From a virus (Duplodnaviria; Heunggongvirae; Uroviricota; Caudoviricetes): a DNA stretch of 64,000 nucleotides. Below, piece by piece: positions 17,924 through 26,230 of this stretch. The notes beneath the pieces were generated by a model, which saw only the letters and a list, made by a program, of their open reading frames with translations, was not told the DNA's origin and searched no databases. Each line of letters begins with the position of its first letter. Position 1 is the first letter of the stretch. The stretch lies in IMG/VR virus record IMGVR_UViG_3300024346_000025, positions 7,197-71,196 of that record. One strand, written 5' to 3'. The position numbers were made by a program, and so were the translations under genes.

Positions 17924-19036
17924 ATGAAAGTATATGTGATAGACCTTGAGTCCGTACCAACGCGATACACTTGCGAGTGGAAAGGACATATCCCTGCACT
18001 TCTAAGCGAAGCTGCTACCCATAGGGATAGACTCGACGTAGAGATTGTAAATATCTCCGGCGGAGAAGAACAGTTGAAGGCCACGCCAGGCGCCTTCCTG
18101 AACTTTGCGCAAACCAACGTGTATAAGAATAATCAACTCACGCAGGTTGCAAAGCTATTCTCCGAGGGCAAGGTCTTGCCTGGCGACCAATTCATTTTTA
18201 CTGATGCATGGAACCCAGCTATTATACAGCTAAAGTACATGAGCCAGTTGCTAGACATTCCGGTTGTTATTCATGCGCTATGGCATGCTGGCAGTTACGA
18301 TCCGCAAGACTTTTTAGGTCGTCTTATAAAGGACAAACGCTGGACTAATAATTTTGAGAAATCAATTTGGCATGCTGTAGACTACAATTGGTTTGCAACA
18401 CAATTCCACATCGACATGTTTTTTGAAAATGTTTTTGGGTGTTTTGGGTTGCAATTAGATGCAGCGGAATGGCAGCGCAAATCGCTACGTACTGGCTGGC
18501 CAATGGAGTATATGACAAAGACGTTAGATCATTACAAAGGTCTAAAAAAGCGCAACCTCATATTGTTCCCACATAGGCTTGCCCCAGAGAAGCAACCCGA
18601 AATGTTCCGCGATCTTGCAAAGTCTATGCCACAGTACGAATGGATTGTGTGTCAAGACGAAGAGCTGACAAAGAATGAATACCACAAGCTACTAGGTGAA
18701 GCAAAAATTGTTTTGTCGTTGAACCTACAAGAGACGCTAGGCATTAGTTGTTTTGAAGGTGCTATTGTTGATGCACACCCGCTAGTCCCTGATAGACTCA
18801 GTTACATGGAAATGTATAATGAGCGTTGGAAATATCCTGAGGAGTGGGCAACACCTGAGATGTATCCTAACGGTGGTAAAGAATTGCTTATGGAAAAGAT
18901 TGAACACTTTATGGAGAACTATGGTCGCTACGTTGATGAGGTTAGTGAACTAGCGAAGCATTTACAGAAAGACTTTTTTGCTGCTGGGCCACTACTTGAC
19001 AAGGTCCTCGGTCCGGTACCGAAAGGAGACAAGTGA
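17924..19036 (+). CDS. GT-B fold glycosyltransferase (370 aa)
   Basis: FPHRLAPEKQPEMF resembles the GT4 E-x7-E / RLxxEKG region; Rossmann-like N-terminal half. Confidence 0.45.
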   Translation: MKVYVIDLESVPTRYTCEWKGHIPALLSEAATHRDRLDVEIVNISGGEEQLKATPGAFLNFAQTNVYKNNQLTQVAKLFSEGKVLPGDQFIFTDAWNPAIIQLKYMSQLLDIPVVIHALWHAGSYDPQDFLGRLIKDKRWTNNFEKSIWHAVDYNWFATQFHIDMFFENVFGCFGLQLDAAEWQRKSLRTGWPMEYMTKTLDHYKGLKKRNLILFPHRLAPEKQPEMFRDLAKSMPQYEWIVCQDEELTKNEYHKLLGEAKIVLSLNLQETLGISCFEGAIVDAHPLVPDRLSYMEMYNERWKYPEEWATPEMYPNGGKELLMEKIEHFMENYGRYVDEVSELAKHLQKDFFAAGPLLDKVLGPVPKGDK

Positions 19037-19368
19037 GCGAGCAAGACGAATTTGAGTTTGAGTGGGTAGACAAAAATGGGTCCACTAACTTTGATCCGAA
19101 TTTTACATATGGGTCAGGCATTTATGCAGTTTCTGGTTTTACCAATTGTTCTACAAGCAATTCTACAATCTCATCGTATTTTTCGTCGTGGTCAGATCCA
19201 CTTCCCGCAGCACTAGATAAAATAACAAAACACCTAGAAGCGATCAACGACCGTCTTGCATTGTTAGAGGAACTTGACGACAAAGAGCAACACAATATGT
19301 TACGAGAAGCATACCGTAAATACAAAATGGTCGAAAGGCTAATTGGAAAGGATAAGACTGATGAGTGA
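19033..19368 (+). CDS. hypothetical protein (111 aa)
   Basis: C-terminus …LREAYRKYKMVERLIGKD is paralogous to the next ORF. Confidence 0.45.
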   Translation: MSEQDEFEFEWVDKNGSTNFDPNFTYGSGIYAVSGFTNCSTSNSTISSYFSSWSDPLPAALDKITKHLEAINDRLALLEELDDKEQHNMLREAYRKYKMVERLIGKDKTDE

Positions 19369-19600
19369 TATAGATGATATTTGTGATACTGTTGACAGCT
19401 TAGAGCGTGTTGTTGAACGCATGGCTCAAGCCGAAAAACACACAGCAATGGAGCTTGCAAAGTTACAGGATCAGATTTATTATATGTGTGAAATGCTTAG
19501 TCTTGCTACTGATCCTGACCGAGCAAAGGATAATGCGCTTCTAAAAGAAGCTTACGACAAATATATGTTTACAGTACATTTGGTACTAGGGAAGGAATAA
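19343..19600 (+). CDS. hypothetical protein (85 aa; start could be 19361)
   Basis: C-terminus …LKEAYDKYMFTVHLVLGKE is paralogous to the previous ORF. Confidence 0.45.
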   Translation: MERIRLMSDIDDICDTVDSLERVVERMAQAEKHTAMELAKLQDQIYYMCEMLSLATDPDRAKDNALLKEAYDKYMFTVHLVLGKE

Positions 19601-20055
19601 TGGATAAGAAATATATTACTTGGACCGAAGTTGAAACATTGGTTAGCCATTTGTGCGAGCATGTTGAATCTAGCGGATTCAAACCTGACGTTGTATTAGG
19701 TATTAGCCGCGGCGGCCTTATACCATCGGTCATGCTTAGTCATTGCTGGGACATTCCTATGATCCCTTTACGTTGGTCTACACGCGATCATCTTTACACA
19801 GATGCAGACACAGTGGCTGAAATAATAAAGGAAGTAGAAGATGGTAAGCGGTTGCTGATTGTAGATGATATTTGCGATAGCGGTGTTACGCTAACAGAGC
19901 TTAACGATCACTTTGCAAATATGCTACCTAAGATGAGAGACAATATCAAATTTGCAACATTGCATCAACGCGCTGGATCAAAGCTAGTCCCTGACTTTAT
20001 TGGCGGATATATTACTGACGGAATGTGGATTGTCTATCCTTACGAGGAGTTTTAG
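19600..20055 (+). CDS. gpt: xanthine-guanine phosphoribosyltransferase-like PRTase (151 aa)
   Basis: KYITWTEV, ISRGGL and PRPP-binding LLIVDDICDSGVTL, with C-terminal WIVYPYE. Co-linear with E. coli Gpt (KYIVTWD, VSRGGL, IVIDDLVDTGGT, WIEQPWD). Confidence 0.75.
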   Translation: MDKKYITWTEVETLVSHLCEHVESSGFKPDVVLGISRGGLIPSVMLSHCWDIPMIPLRWSTRDHLYTDADTVAEIIKEVEDGKRLLIVDDICDSGVTLTELNDHFANMLPKMRDNIKFATLHQRAGSKLVPDFIGGYITDGMWIVYPYEEF

Positions 20056-20056
20056 G

Positions 20057-20203
20057 ATGGGTTTTTCTTGGCCTGCGTTCTTTGGTTGGGTAGTTACAGC
20101 AATATCTGCTGCTGGCGTCATATTCGCAATGTATAGCTTTCTTAGCCCGTTATATAAGACGAAACCAAAAGATAATTCAGGACTTGACAAAAAGCCCAAA
20201 TAG
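20057..20203 (+). CDS. small membrane peptide (48 aa)
   Basis: MGFSWPAFFGWVVTAISAAGVIFAMY…; AGGAG lies 7 nt upstream of the internal ATG of track ORF 20000..20203. Confidence 0.3.
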   Translation: MGFSWPAFFGWVVTAISAAGVIFAMYSFLSPLYKTKPKDNSGLDKKPK

Positions 20204-20212
20204 TAGTATAAT
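20184..20212 (+). promoter_or_regulatory. sigma70-type promoter TTGACA-17-TATAAT
   Basis: TTGACA 20184-20189; TATAAT 20207-20212; the queE ATG lies at 20219 (very short leader) or 20228. Confidence 0.55.
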
Positions 20213-20218
20213 AGTAGG

Positions 20219-21130
20219 ATGCCAAACATGAACAAACATAAATATAGCGAGATTTTTACATCTATTCAAGGTGAAGGAGAATACACGGGTACGCCAACAG
20301 TATGGCTACGCTGGTTTCTCTGTAACTTACAATGCAGCGGCTTTGGTCAAAAAGTGCCAGAAGACCCCTCAACACACGTTTTGCCTTATGAGGAATTCGA
20401 TATAAGCAATATAAAGCGGATTGAGGATTTGCCAGTTTGGAGTACAGGTTGTGATTCAAGCTATAGCTGGGCTAAAAAGTACCGCCACTTGTGCCCCGAA
20501 GGCACAGCAGAGGAAATTGCTGATAAGCTTGAGGAGCAGTTAGTTAGTATGCACGATAAGCATCCTACGTTCTTTAACGAACACAGCTTGCAGTACACAC
20601 ACTTTTGTATGACGGGTGGCGAGCCGATGATGAAGCGGACGCAAACTGCACAAATAGAATTGATGAATGAATTCCTACGGCGCAATAACGTCCCCATGTT
20701 TATTACAGTTGAGACTAATGGCACACAACCGCTTGCAGAAGACATGGCGCAAACTATTATGCAATACGTGTACTCTGGTGGTGAATGGTTTTGGTCGGTG
20801 TCGCCCAAGCTACTGTACACAAGCGGCGAGCAACCTGCGAAAGCAATTAAGCCCGAGGTCGTAAAATCGTATCAAGACATAAGCCCTCGCGGTCAGCTAA
20901 AATTTGTTGTGAGCAACAGGAAGGAAGCGTGGGATGAGCTTGAGGCAACGGTGAAATTATTTAGAGACGCGGGCGTTGTATGGCCGGTGTGGATCATGCC
21001 TGTAGGTGCTACAGTAGAAGCGCAAAGTGACGATGATATGCGGGCAGTGGTCGAAGAAACAATAAGGCGCGGCTATAAGGTGGCGGCGCGAGTACATTGC
21101 TATATATGGGGCAACAAAATTGGAACGTAA
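20219..21130 (+). CDS. queE: 7-carboxy-7-deazaguanine synthase (QueE, radical SAM)
   Basis: EIFTSIQGEGEYTGTPTVWLRWFLCNLQC resembles E. coli QueE ([32 protein letters not shown]); TGGEPMM SAM motif. The Cys cluster CNLQC is non-canonical. Confidence 0.65.
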   Translation: MPNMNKHKYSEIFTSIQGEGEYTGTPTVWLRWFLCNLQCSGFGQKVPEDPSTHVLPYEEFDISNIKRIEDLPVWSTGCDSSYSWAKKYRHLCPEGTAEEIADKLEEQLVSMHDKHPTFFNEHSLQYTHFCMTGGEPMMKRTQTAQIELMNEFLRRNNVPMFITVETNGTQPLAEDMAQTIMQYVYSGGEWFWSVSPKLLYTSGEQPAKAIKPEVVKSYQDISPRGQLKFVVSNRKEAWDELEATVKLFRDAGVVWPVWIMPVGATVEAQSDDDMRAVVEETIRRGYKVAARVHCYIWGNKIGT

Positions 21131-21140
21131 GGAAAAAGAT

Positions 21141-21917
21141 ATGAGTAAGAAAAAGAGATTGCTACCCTTCGGTTGGCTCCCTGGACATTGGGGACTAGCA
21201 GGTAAGACACGGGAACGCGCCCAAGCGGAATATGAATTTGCGCAAGGCTATGAGCTAGATGCCATGTTAATAAGAATTGACAATCCCGATGATTCTAGTT
21301 TTGCAAAGGCTTTAGTTGAGTTACGACTTAGGTACGGTCTCATCACAGAACAAGAATGTGATTATTCGTTGCATGATTTAACGTATTTTCTTGGCTCCGA
21401 AGAAGCCAAACTATCTCTTCTCAAGCTAGATAAGAAATATAATAAGATTGAGGAAGAAGATTACCAGCGCAAGCTTGCAGAGCTTACAATAACAGATGAG
21501 AAGTTATTGAAGATGCGTTTGCTGGAACTGGATAAAAAGTACGAGAAGATTACACACGACGAGTTTGAGAAAAAGAAGGCAACGCTCCTTGAAGAGCCGT
21601 ATGTCCGCATTGCAAAAATTGAGACTGATCCTACAAACCCAGCGTATGGTGGAATTATAATGGATTGGAACAAGGCGTTTGTGCAGCAATTGGAAGACGC
21701 TGGCTATGGTCCAGATCCCGATGAGGCGCGTATTGTTGAACAGTGGTTCAATGAACTATGTAGGAATATTGCGACAGAAGCGTTTGACGGCGTCGGTGAT
21801 TTTAATGAGAAAATGGCTGCGGGTAATGTCCCACACCACAGACGCAATTTACACGATGACGTTATACTAAAGAAGCCAACACAACCAAAACAGGATGATA
21901 CCAGTGCAGAAGAATAA
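21141..21917 (+). CDS. hypothetical protein (about 258 aa)
   Basis: Start placed at the internal ATG with an AAGGA RBS. Confidence 0.45.
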   Translation: MSKKKRLLPFGWLPGHWGLAGKTRERAQAEYEFAQGYELDAMLIRIDNPDDSSFAKALVELRLRYGLITEQECDYSLHDLTYFLGSEEAKLSLLKLDKKYNKIEEEDYQRKLAELTITDEKLLKMRLLELDKKYEKITHDEFEKKKATLLEEPYVRIAKIETDPTNPAYGGIIMDWNKAFVQQLEDAGYGPDPDEARIVEQWFNELCRNIATEAFDGVGDFNEKMAAGNVPHHRRNLHDDVILKKPTQPKQDDTSAEE

Positions 21918-22929
21918 GTATATCTTAGTAGACGCGATGAATATGTTTCATCGTGCAAAACACGTAGTCCACAATGGGCCCATTGATATGCGCATTGGTA
22001 TGAGCTTGCATATCACGTTTAATGCTTTACGCAAAGCGTGGCGCGATCTCGGAGGCAATCATGTTGTGTTTTGCTTAGAGGGTCGAAGCTGGCGTAAGAC
22101 TGCGTGTGAGACATACAAGGCTAATCGACTTGCTGCACAACTAAAGCGTACCAAGCGCGAAGCAGAAGACGATGATTTGTTTTTTGAAGCGTTTAATGAT
22201 TTTAGCGACTTCTTCTCAAACCAAACTAATTGCACTGTATTACAGTGTCCAATTGGCGAAGCAGATGATCTCATTGCAACGTGGATTGACTTACACCCAG
22301 ATGAAGATCATGTGATCGTTAGCTCGGACACCGACTTCTATCAGTTGCTTGCAAAAAATGTAGAAATCTACAACGGCATCACAAACAACCTCATTACACT
22401 TGAGGGATTCTTTGACGACAAGGGCAAGCCTGTAAAAGATAAAAAGACCGGCCTACCTAAGAAACTGGAAGATCCTGAATGGCTGTTGTTTGAAAAATGT
22501 ATACGCGGCGACAAGAGCGACAACGTGTTCCCAGCGTATCCAGGTGCAAGGAAGAAGGGTAGCAAGAACAAAACTGGCATGATGGAAGCGTTTGCAGATC
22601 GTAATAGCGGTAGCTTTGATTGGAATAATTTTATGCTACAGACATGGGAAGACCACGAAGGCAATGTGCATCGTGTGCTAGATCGGTATATGGAAAACGT
22701 GTCATTAATTGATTTACATGCCCAGCCTGACGAGGTCAAGGTTGAGTTGATCGAATGTATCCTGCGCGAGGTTGATCGACCAGTAGTGCAGGGTGTTGGT
22801 GTTCATTTCCTGCGGTTCTGTGGTAAATGGGATCTTGGTAACATCAGCAAGTATCCAGATGAATTTGCACGGATGCTAAACACACGCTATAAGGGTCACC
22901 TTATTGAGCAGACAGAGGAGGTAAGTTAA
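21895..22929 (+). CDS. 5'-3' exonuclease / flap endonuclease (RNase H-like, T4 rnh / PolI 5'-exo family)
   Basis: LVDAMNMFHRA (compare LIDGNSLAYRA), IGEADDLIATW (compare GYEADDIIGT) and SSDTDFYQLL (compare SGDKDLLQL). Confidence 0.75.
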   Translation: MIPVQKNKYILVDAMNMFHRAKHVVHNGPIDMRIGMSLHITFNALRKAWRDLGGNHVVFCLEGRSWRKTACETYKANRLAAQLKRTKREAEDDDLFFEAFNDFSDFFSNQTNCTVLQCPIGEADDLIATWIDLHPDEDHVIVSSDTDFYQLLAKNVEIYNGITNNLITLEGFFDDKGKPVKDKKTGLPKKLEDPEWLLFEKCIRGDKSDNVFPAYPGARKKGSKNKTGMMEAFADRNSGSFDWNNFMLQTWEDHEGNVHRVLDRYMENVSLIDLHAQPDEVKVELIECILREVDRPVVQGVGVHFLRFCGKWDLGNISKYPDEFARMLNTRYKGHLIEQTEEVS

Positions 22930-23426
22930 TGGTCGTCTTAAAAGAAATCACTACAAAGAGTTGGTTGGTATTAACAGACGAGGACGGAGAAAACCTCGGT
23001 CTACTTAGCCAACACACATCTGGCCGTTATATACTGTTGTCTAAAGCAGGCAAGGTTGAGTTTGCAGATAAGGAAGATATTAGCACATTTTTTGAGGAAG
23101 ATATTTTCTCGAAAGTGGTGTCTCCCCGTATTATGGATCAAGAAGAATTTTTCATTAATAGCTATCCCGTAGGACACACAAATCCTGTTGGAGCAGATCC
23201 TGACAATCTGATCTCAGAATTACCGTTGTACACCAAATCCGCTGCTAGTAAAATTTATCATTGTGCTGGATATTACTGTGTTTTGTTTCCGAAGGGCTGG
23301 GTTCTGCGTTATAATCCAAAGTTGGCTACTTTAGGTAAATATGAGTATACAGGGCCCTTTAAAACTGAAATGGAAACGAAATCTCACCTCAGTATGTTAA
23401 AGAAAAATGCAAAGCGAAATAAATAA
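22929..23426 (+). CDS. hypothetical protein (165 aa)
   Basis: Operon context only. Confidence 0.45.
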   Translation: MVVLKEITTKSWLVLTDEDGENLGLLSQHTSGRYILLSKAGKVEFADKEDISTFFEEDIFSKVVSPRIMDQEEFFINSYPVGHTNPVGADPDNLISELPLYTKSAASKIYHCAGYYCVLFPKGWVLRYNPKLATLGKYEYTGPFKTEMETKSHLSMLKKNAKRNK

Positions 23427-23607
23427 TTTTCGGTTGAAGATACGCAACACACTTAGACTAAAACGACCAACGTTGTCTTTTACAGTTGACGAAGCTAAGA
23501 AATTAGATAACGATATAATAGCGTTAGAAAAGCGTATAACACAGTTAGAACAGGAAGCCCTAAACTTTGAAACATTGACCGTCGATATTGTCGGGAATGA
23601 ATTCTAA
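23407..23607 (+). CDS. hypothetical small protein (66 aa)
   Basis: Short ORF. Confidence 0.3.
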   Translation: MQSEINNFRLKIRNTLRLKRPTLSFTVDEAKKLDNDIIALEKRITQLEQEALNFETLTVDIVGNEF

Positions 23608-23619
23608 TGTGGGAAACTG

Positions 23620-24705
23620 ATGAGAAAGTTGTTATTTGCCCTAGCGGCTATGTTGAGTTGGACAGGAGTAGGCGCGCACGATCATGATATAGTTGAAATA
23701 GCGGCTAAAGTCCTACCATCTGTTACGTATATTGAAGTAGAACGATATATAGAACAACACGCAATAAGCTTGGATAACGACGATGTTGATCAACAGGTTA
23801 TCAAGCGCCATGTCAACATTTCCCCTATAATTGGTTCTGGTTTTGTCATCGAAGGTAATTTTGTAATCACAAATTACCATGTTATCTCTTACGTGTTAAA
23901 TCATCCTGAATCTAAAATTTGGGTATACTTCTATAACGAAAACGACGATGTATCTATTAAATATCTTGCCACTGTAGTTGGGTACGATGAAATTACTGAT
24001 GTGGCTTTGTTATCTATTCCTGGTGAACACCAAGGTGTTGAGTTGTGTGCGTCTGGAAGTATCAAAATTGGCTCAAACGTTTTCTCCATCTCTAATTTTT
24101 ACGGTATTAAATTTTCTGTAACTACAGGAATAGTTAGCTCTACAAATCGTGCAGACACTAGATTCCCTTATGTCTCACAGCTCCAGTTACAAATAGCCGC
24201 AGGATCAGGTAGCAGCGGAGGACCTGTGTTTAATGAGTTAGGTCAAGTCGCTTCTATGAATCATACTGTCCTTAGTATGGATGGAAATTCCAGTATTAAC
24301 AATAGTATGTTATCGACCGTTGCGTTCTCTATCCGCAGTGATGTAATACTAAGCACAATTATGCGCATAGAGAAACAAGGTGGTGGTGCAGTTGAACACC
24401 CTGATCTTGGTGTGCTACTTGTTAGTTTTGGCCAATCCTCGAGATTGTATCAAGACACAAATGACGGCGAAAACATATTTGACGGACTTATGGTCAAGTC
24501 TGAGGACTATGGGCCCAACTCCACACCGTTTGAGGTTGGTGATATAATTGTTGAGCTGGATGGATTATCTTTCAGTAGCCCGCGATTATTTTTCATCTAT
24601 TTAGACACCCAATACAAAGTTGGAGACAGCATTAAACTACTTGTTTACCGAAATGGTAGAATAATAAATATGACTATGAAGTTACAAGCCGCTCGGAGAA
24701 TTTAA
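23620..24705 (+). CDS. secreted trypsin-like (HtrA/DegP-like) serine protease with a C-terminal PDZ-like region
   Basis: N-terminal signal peptide MRKLLFALAAMLSWTGVGA; GSGFVIEGNFVITNYHV (His) and GSSGGPVF (Ser) motifs; C-terminal VGDIIVELDG is PDZ-like. Confidence 0.7.
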   Translation: MRKLLFALAAMLSWTGVGAHDHDIVEIAAKVLPSVTYIEVERYIEQHAISLDNDDVDQQVIKRHVNISPIIGSGFVIEGNFVITNYHVISYVLNHPESKIWVYFYNENDDVSIKYLATVVGYDEITDVALLSIPGEHQGVELCASGSIKIGSNVFSISNFYGIKFSVTTGIVSSTNRADTRFPYVSQLQLQIAAGSGSSGGPVFNELGQVASMNHTVLSMDGNSSINNSMLSTVAFSIRSDVILSTIMRIEKQGGGAVEHPDLGVLLVSFGQSSRLYQDTNDGENIFDGLMVKSEDYGPNSTPFEVGDIIVELDGLSFSSPRLFFIYLDTQYKVGDSIKLLVYRNGRIINMTMKLQAARRI

Positions 24706-24708
24706 CAC

Positions 24709-24939
24709 ATGCCACCTATTAAAGTTTACACACGAAGAAGATGCCCACATTGCGTTTCAGCGAAAACATGGTTACGACAACGTGACTATGAGTTTGAAGA
24801 AATTCTGCTAGAAGATAAAGACACAGTCTCAGAGTTTTTAGGTCAATATCCAGAATTACGTTCGGTCCCCCAAATTTTTGTGGGTGAAAAACACATTGGC
24901 GGTTTCACAGATTTAATAAAGTCCAGTCTCGCTAAATAA
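24709..24939 (+). CDS. glutaredoxin
   Basis: CPHC active site in VYTRRRCPHCVSAK; 76 aa; GGF motif. Confidence 0.8.
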   Translation: MPPIKVYTRRRCPHCVSAKTWLRQRDYEFEEILLEDKDTVSEFLGQYPELRSVPQIFVGEKHIGGFTDLIKSSLAK

Positions 24940-24951
24940 TCTCCGTTATGT

Positions 24952-24961
24952 GATAAATAAT
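24952..24961 (+). promoter_or_regulatory. late-promoter-like motif GTGATAAATAA
   Basis: TGATAAATAA about 35 nt upstream of the ATG at 24995. Confidence 0.3.
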
Positions 24962-24994
24962 AGTAGCACTTAATGGTTACTATGGAGACATATA

Positions 24995-25303
24995 ATGGCA
25001 AGGCCGAAACCGGATATTCTTATTGAATATACCAATTCCAAGACATACAAGAGTGAGCAGGTATTAAAGGCCGATGCTATTTTTGCTGTTTACTACGAGA
25101 ACACGCCAATCAATTTGCGTACACTAAACTCCCTTGTAAACTACCCTGGACCAAAGTATAAAAAGGTTAGCTTTTCAAATCCTGGTCACGCTTTTAATCT
25201 TGCAGAGCGTTTGAACAAATTGTTTAAGACAAAAAAGTTTGAGGTCTATCGTCTTGTAGCAGGAGAAAAATGTGAGGAAGAAAACACCGACGAATCCTCT
25301 TAG
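24995..25303 (+). CDS. hypothetical protein (102 aa)
   Basis: Operon context only. Confidence 0.45.
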   Translation: MARPKPDILIEYTNSKTYKSEQVLKADAIFAVYYENTPINLRTLNSLVNYPGPKYKKVSFSNPGHAFNLAERLNKLFKTKKFEVYRLVAGEKCEEENTDESS

Positions 25304-25658
25304 ACTTTTTCTTATAAACGAAGTCCGTGAAGGTAACGAAAAAGTAAAAGACAAAACTGATCTTGAGCTTGACCAACTCATCTTTTGCAATTCCAAATCC
25401 TTACGTGTTACCCGCGACGGCTATCTTCTGCTCTCATCTGTGTTTGAAACACATCGCTTCATGCTAAAATGTGAAGAAGGTGAAAACCCTCGTCTCACAG
25501 GCAAGGAGCTAATCGCGCTCAAGCGTTATGTTCCCTGGCCCTATTACCTAACCAACCGTTATTTACACCTTTTTGACTCTAAGAACCCCTTCTATCTCAA
25601 TCTCAACGGTGGGGACATAAAAGCTTGGTTGTTGCAGCTTTACAATCAGAATCAGTAA
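25272..25658 (+). CDS. hypothetical protein (128 aa)
   Basis: Overlaps the upstream gene by 32 nt. Confidence 0.4.
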   Translation: MRKKTPTNPLRLFLINEVREGNEKVKDKTDLELDQLIFCNSKSLRVTRDGYLLLSSVFETHRFMLKCEEGENPRLTGKELIALKRYVPWPYYLTNRYLHLFDSKNPFYLNLNGGDIKAWLLQLYNQNQ

Positions 25659-25733
25659 GTCACTGATTTATATAGAGTTTCCAAAATAATTGTAAGTCTT
25701 TGTTTTTCTTGATGTTTATTCTTGTTTATTCTG

Positions 25734-25762
25734 TTGACTTTTAGGACATAAGATAGTATAAT
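25734..25762 (+). promoter_or_regulatory. sigma70-type promoter TTGACT-17-TATAAT
   Basis: TTGACT 25734-25739; TATAAT 25757-25762. Confidence 0.6.
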
Positions 25763-25812
25763 AAGGTTGTAGTTAGAGAAATATACTTTTGAACATCACA
25801 GGAGATAAAAGT

Positions 25813-26127
25813 ATGATCAAGCGTCGCAAGACTGGCAATTCCACTGTTTGTCCTTTAACCGGCAACAAACTCTTCGAGTGGGAACTGTTTGATGATAAAG
25901 ATGAAGAGAACGTCGTGGGTATTGCCTACCCATCGTATAAGACCCGCACCCAGCGCGTCTTCCGCGCAGAAATGACCCTCAACGGGGTTACTGCAAGCAC
26001 CGAGAACGCCCGTTCTATTGGTGACGCTGTGAAGCAGATGCAAGCTACGATTGACGCAGGGCAACCTGTTGTTTCTACTGTGGTTTCTACTCCTGCAGAC
26101 GGTGCGACTGAGGCGGTTACCGCCTAA
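25813..26127 (+). CDS. hypothetical protein (104 aa)
   Basis: Start moved to the ATG at 25813, which has AGGAG 8 nt upstream; the track start at 25789 would leave almost no leader after the promoter. Confidence 0.5.
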   Translation: MIKRRKTGNSTVCPLTGNKLFEWELFDDKDEENVVGIAYPSYKTRTQRVFRAEMTLNGVTASTENARSIGDAVKQMQATIDAGQPVVSTVVSTPADGATEAVTA

Positions 26128-26134
26128 CAAGGGC

Positions 26135-26170
26135 AAGGGCGGGGCTCAAATCCCGCCCTTAATCTTTTGT
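26135..26170 (+). terminator. rho-independent terminator
   Basis: AAGGGCGGG (26135-26143) / CCCGCCCTT (26152-26160), then AATCTTTTGTT. Confidence 0.55.
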
Positions 26171-26198
26171 TGACTTTTAACAAGAAAGATTATATAAT
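26170..26198 (+). promoter_or_regulatory. sigma70-type promoter TTGACT-17-TATAAT
   Basis: TTGACT 26170-26175; TATAAT 26193-26198; AGGAGAAG RBS before the ATG at 26231. Confidence 0.6.
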
Positions 26199-26230
26199 AC
26201 ACGTATTAACAAGCTTAGGAGAAGAAGCAA

